This document shows, piece by piece, positions 22,643 to 27,128 of a stretch of 27,128 nucleotides of DNA. This stretch comes from Ginkgo biloba (Eukaryota; Plantae; Ginkgophyta), in assembly GCA_024626585.2 (NCBI GenBank), contig JANKJI020000001.1, positions 13,815,209 to 13,842,336 on the forward strand, read 5' to 3'. Position numbers and translations under genes: made by a program. Every line of letters begins with the position of its first letter. The first letter of the stretch is position 1. The notes under the pieces were generated by a model. The model saw nothing but the letters and a program-made list of their open reading frames with translations, did not search any database and was not told the DNA's origin.

Positions 22643-24400
22643 GGTATCAATCCAAATCCATAACCATTGCACCACACCCTTGGGGGAGTTTGTAATACTT
22701 TTTATTAGAAGGGTTAGTGGATAGAATATTTTCTTGGTTATTGACCAAATTAATTTAGGACTCTTCTTATTGAGTGGGATTAGAGATCTAAATATATCCC
22801 AATATGTCTTATTCAAAGGGTTGACTAGGTGGAGGCTTGAAATAAGTGTTATTGATCCCATAACTAACTAAGTCATGTTTGGATATAGAAATTCAATTTG
22901 TACTAGATAGGGAATTTGGATAATTCTCATGTTGTATATGAACATATTTAACAATATCTTCATAACCAAACTCTTAAAGGTAAATGTATAGTGTCAAGGC
23001 TTCTTAAATATCAAGCTCTTCTTGTCGTTGTATTTTTTTTTATGACATGGAATGTATGCTGAGGAAGGATATTCTTCACAAACCAATGGCCAACTTACTT
23101 AGGATCATGTGGGGATATTTGGTTTTATCTACCCTCTAATATTTAATTTATTAGGTGATTGAGGTGCGAGGAATTTACTTCATCATGGTGAAAAGTTTAG
23201 TTGAATCCAAATAAGGTACATAGGATTCAAACCATTTAATGAATGAATCCCTTAATTGATCTAAGTAAGAAATGTATTGATGGCATAATTGAATAAACCA
23301 CATAGTTATTTCCCTAGTGAGGGAGAATTGGAACAACCTCAATAGAATTGATTCATCATATACATAAACATTGCACCACACCTTATATTCAATTAGATGA
23401 TGATGAGGGTTCTTATCATCCCTTCCTAAAAAATTATGCATAGGGGAGGTAATTCATCTAAGAAAGGTGGGCCTATAAGGATTATAACTAATAAGATCAT
23501 TTATTAAGGAAGAGGTTATAGGAGATTCAAATCCTTCCAAGTATAGTAAACATGACTATTGTTAAAATTTTGATGATGATGGAACCACATTTCCTCCTAA
23601 GAACTTTTGGGATAGTTGATACAATGGATATGAAAAAGGTGGATTATTTCGTAAGGATGGTAGTTCTCATAGTGATTAAATATAACATTCCCATATGAAA
23701 AGAGTGGGTTTCCATATATAAAATTATATGATGGGTTAGATTAGGAAATAATGGGATTCCTATAAAATGGTGATTGACTAATAGGTTTATATGGGGGATC
23801 TAGTTATTATGGAGGATGTTGTAGGGGATATTGGCTAAAGGTGGATAAGTGGGTTCAAAAGAAATATTCTTAAATGGATTGGATGCTTAAGAACCTCCTA
23901 CATAAGGTGGTCCTCCACTAGTAGGATTATAAGCAAACATATTAGATTATTATGGAGGTGGAGGATAAATATTGGTTTGTGGGATCAATGGTGNNNNNNN
24001 NNNNNATTACTTCCAAATGATGGAGAATTCATTTGAATGGATAGAATGAGGTTATTTGTGGTTGTGGTAAGATATAGAGTAGGTACCAAGGGTACATATG
24101 TAATAAGGATGGGTTGAGTAATAGGTGTTTGGGTTATGGTGGATATGGTTATAATGGTAGAGGGTGGTAGTATATGAATGGATGACATAGTTAATTAAAT
24201 TGGGGATAATTATCGCATGATGGATGTGAAATCAACTAATTTAAAAATTCTTGGTGGGATTATCATATGTCTTTATACTAAATGGTTTATAGGTGGAGAA
24301 ACATTATACTTTTGAGTTAAATTGCTAGTAATGCTTACAATGGAAGGTGTATAGGGGATGGCCCTTAGGAGGGTGTTATCACCCGTTTTAGCACCTATGA
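22643..24400 (-). mobile_element. gag: Decayed Gypsy gag region (Pro/Tyr-rich leader plus Retrotrans_gag-like core at 23175-23441); boundaries approximate
   Basis: NFLGRDDKNPHHHLIEYKVWC...DESILLRLFQFSLTREITMWFIQL...ISYLDQLRDSFIKWF matches the gag pattern PxxHL...LRLFPxSLxGxAxxWFxxL...IxSWxQLxxxF. The flanks are stop-ridden and Pro-rich. Confidence 0.8.
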
Positions 24401-25949
24401 TATTGATCTTAGCTAGTTAACCTATGCATCACTATTTGCATCATGACCACTTACATGTCCCTTAGCCAACCTTGTGGCACTTTACAATTACCCTATGGTT
24501 AACTTTAGATATCCATTTTTATCATATAAATACCCCTTCTATACAGAGATAAGACTGGGGGATATTCCATAATTTGACAAAAGATAGNNNNNNNNNNCCC
24601 TTTATGGGGAGGAAAGGGGGTTTCTATTATTGAATATCATCATGAAACAAAGAGAGAGACTATCTTGCATCTGTTTGATATGTCTTTTTTAATAAAATTT
24701 CTCACCACATTTCATCTCATCTCACATATTCTCTTTCTTTTATGTTATTTCTCATGATTTATTTATGTATGTTCTATATTAAGGACTCCTCATGCATAAA
24801 GAACCCCCACAATATTTTGAATGTGTTCTCGAGAGATATCATATTGAGGAAGTGATATCTATCAAAAATATATTTTAGTGACCATACTAGGGAATACATT
24901 GCATTCTCTAGCACCTTCATTTCATGTTATCATTTGTATGCAAATCAAATATTTGGCTCTATTTTTTTTAAAATTTTGCATGTACGAGGAAACTACTGAG
25001 TGACTTTTTATTGAGAATGATGATGGTTTATAAGCTCTCCTTGCATTCTGTATCACTCGAGTCTCCTCTCCATAGGATAACTCTAATGAAATGATATGCT
25101 TATCGCCCATGGTTCTTATCATATCAACCGTACCAATTCTCATACAACAACAATGATCATTTTCATAGGGATTTTTTGAATCTTCATGGCCATTAGGGAA
25201 TGATTTGTGTGTCTATTTCCTTGTCCCCTATCGACCTTTGCACATTGTTAATGGTTATTTGCATTGAATTTACTGTACCATTCATGAGTTAATTGCTCGC
25301 ATTTTTTATCGTCTCATCCAAATAGTCCTTTATGCATTTACATAACCAACTCATCAAACGACTTTGGTTTTAATAACATTTNNNNNNNNNNNNNNNNNNN
25401 NNNNNNNNNNNNNTTATATTTGTTGTTATCGTACATCTATGATTATTCCAATGTCAACACTACAATTATGAATGCTTGCATCTCCCGATCATAAATTTTG
25501 CTAAATATATACTATAGTTGTGTATGGTCCATTATATTGCCTTCTCTCCACAGTTGTATTTTAGCCTTCCATTAGCACCTATACTTATTGTTGATGTGAT
25601 GATGCATCCACATCCTTCTAACATCACCTTTTGAGTATTGCTTTCACATAGTATTGGCACCTGTGTTAATAACCTTTTATATGATCTCTTGTAACCGTAT
25701 TGTAGTCCACTCTTGGTAACAAAGAGCTTTTTATTATACTTGTTTATTGCTGTAAACACTTCAAAGGACCTTGTTATTTTATTTATTGCTTTAAAGGCCA
25801 AGCCCAACTAGAGTCCACTACCTTATAGAGACACAAAGATTGAATCATACCTGTCCATTTATAAATGACAACCATGCATATTTAGTTTTTATTCGGCGGC
25901 ATCAACAACGATTATAATTGATCTTTGCCCACTATTTATACATCACAAT

Positions 25950-27128
25950 CATATTTATAATTGTTGCATATATTTTTATGACTGACTCTCTTTTATCAGG
26001 GTTCAAGAGAACACTTTATATTGCCTATCTTTTATATATTATATATCAATGATACCTTCAATTTGGCATATATTCCCATTCAAGAAACTTTTATCCATAA
26101 CCATGTCATCTCCATATTGATTATACAATATCCTTATTTATCAATGATACATTAGGAGAGCACTTATTCTTTACAGATGCAACTATCCAAATAGAGGCAT
26201 ATCATCATCATATCATTGAGTAATCATATGCATCCTATACATTATATTACATCCATGAGGCCATATCCTATTGATTATTAAGACACTATTGCCATAACAA
26301 ATCCATATCATTCAGTGTAAGCCTTGTTTCATCATTCCATAGTTTCATCTTGCATATAGTTTCTCCATACATATCTCAACACCTTGCCATTTATTAATCC
26401 TCCTATATAGTCATTTTCCATTTTGGTTTTGGACTTGGGGGAACTAACTCCCTTTGTTTATAGATATGCACTCATTTAAAAAAAATATTTCTATTAATTT
26501 TCACTATATCCCACTCTCATTTTCTCCACTTCCTAAGAATTCAATACAACACTTTCGATGCCTATTCAAGATGGAAACCCTATGGAAATCAACCACATAT
26601 TTCCAATTATACATAAGGGATTAACCCAAAATATCCCTTATACTCCAATACCATTTAATTATGGATGATTAAAAAATACCACTTCAAGTGTTAGATCATG
26701 CTCTATTTAATATTCTAGTAGTGGATCAATGATATGCATCCTTTTTTTCTGTAATTTTTTTTTATTTTAATTTTTTTCTTTTCTTTTATTAATTATTCAT
26801 ATCAATGAGATATGGTTGTAAATTTTAGTACATATATTTATCTTCTACATTATTCCATTTTATTTATAGATTATATCCTAAGGATGGGACTTGTCCTTAC
26901 CCATGTGGATCCATTTCATAAAATATTTCAGGCATAATTCTTGAAGATCTCTAGCACCATGACTTATTTTAAAACAAATGGAAAATTCATTTGTCAGTAT
27001 CTTCTCAAGCTTAGGATAATACTATGATCATGTAAGAAATCTCTCTCTCTCCATAATTTTTCTTACCATAGTGGCTATTCTACTATAGTGATTTTCCATC
27101 AAAGATGATTTATTTTTAGAATAAATAA
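25950..27128 (-). mobile_element. Very old AT-rich TE debris, possibly the C-terminal part of a LINE ORF2
   Basis: Only scattered W/K-rich traces on the minus strand (LKWY ~26685, IGNMWLIS ~26605) and no continuous frame. Confidence 0.25.

Overview
This is AT-rich, gap-riddled plant nuclear DNA; the large TE-filled intron and decayed non-chromoviral Gypsy elements suggest a gymnosperm-type draft genome (inference). The one clear host gene is a minus-strand ARABIDILLO-family gene (NLS, F-box, LRRs, ARM repeats). Its ATG is at 20639, its first coding exon ends at SEAAK|GT (18860), and after a 214-bp intron the next exon (AIANLS) runs into an N-gap. The long first exon is broken by about 306 bp of foreign sequence plus a gap. 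The ~16 kb downstream holds decayed elements (truncated Gypsy with 3' LTR, Copia-like 3' end, LTR-like segment, LINE-like pieces, a probable Helitron 3' end) and local duplications. At 2005-2180 there is a decayed copy of a late ARABIDILLO ARM exon with three stops, which the ORF track misses. Upstream are a Gypsy gag remnant and very old TE debris. I see no convincing new biological system; the best leads are the fossil exon, the exon interruption, a splice-dependent uORF arrangement and an unidentified decayed reading frame. All homology calls come from recalled family sequences, not from database searches.
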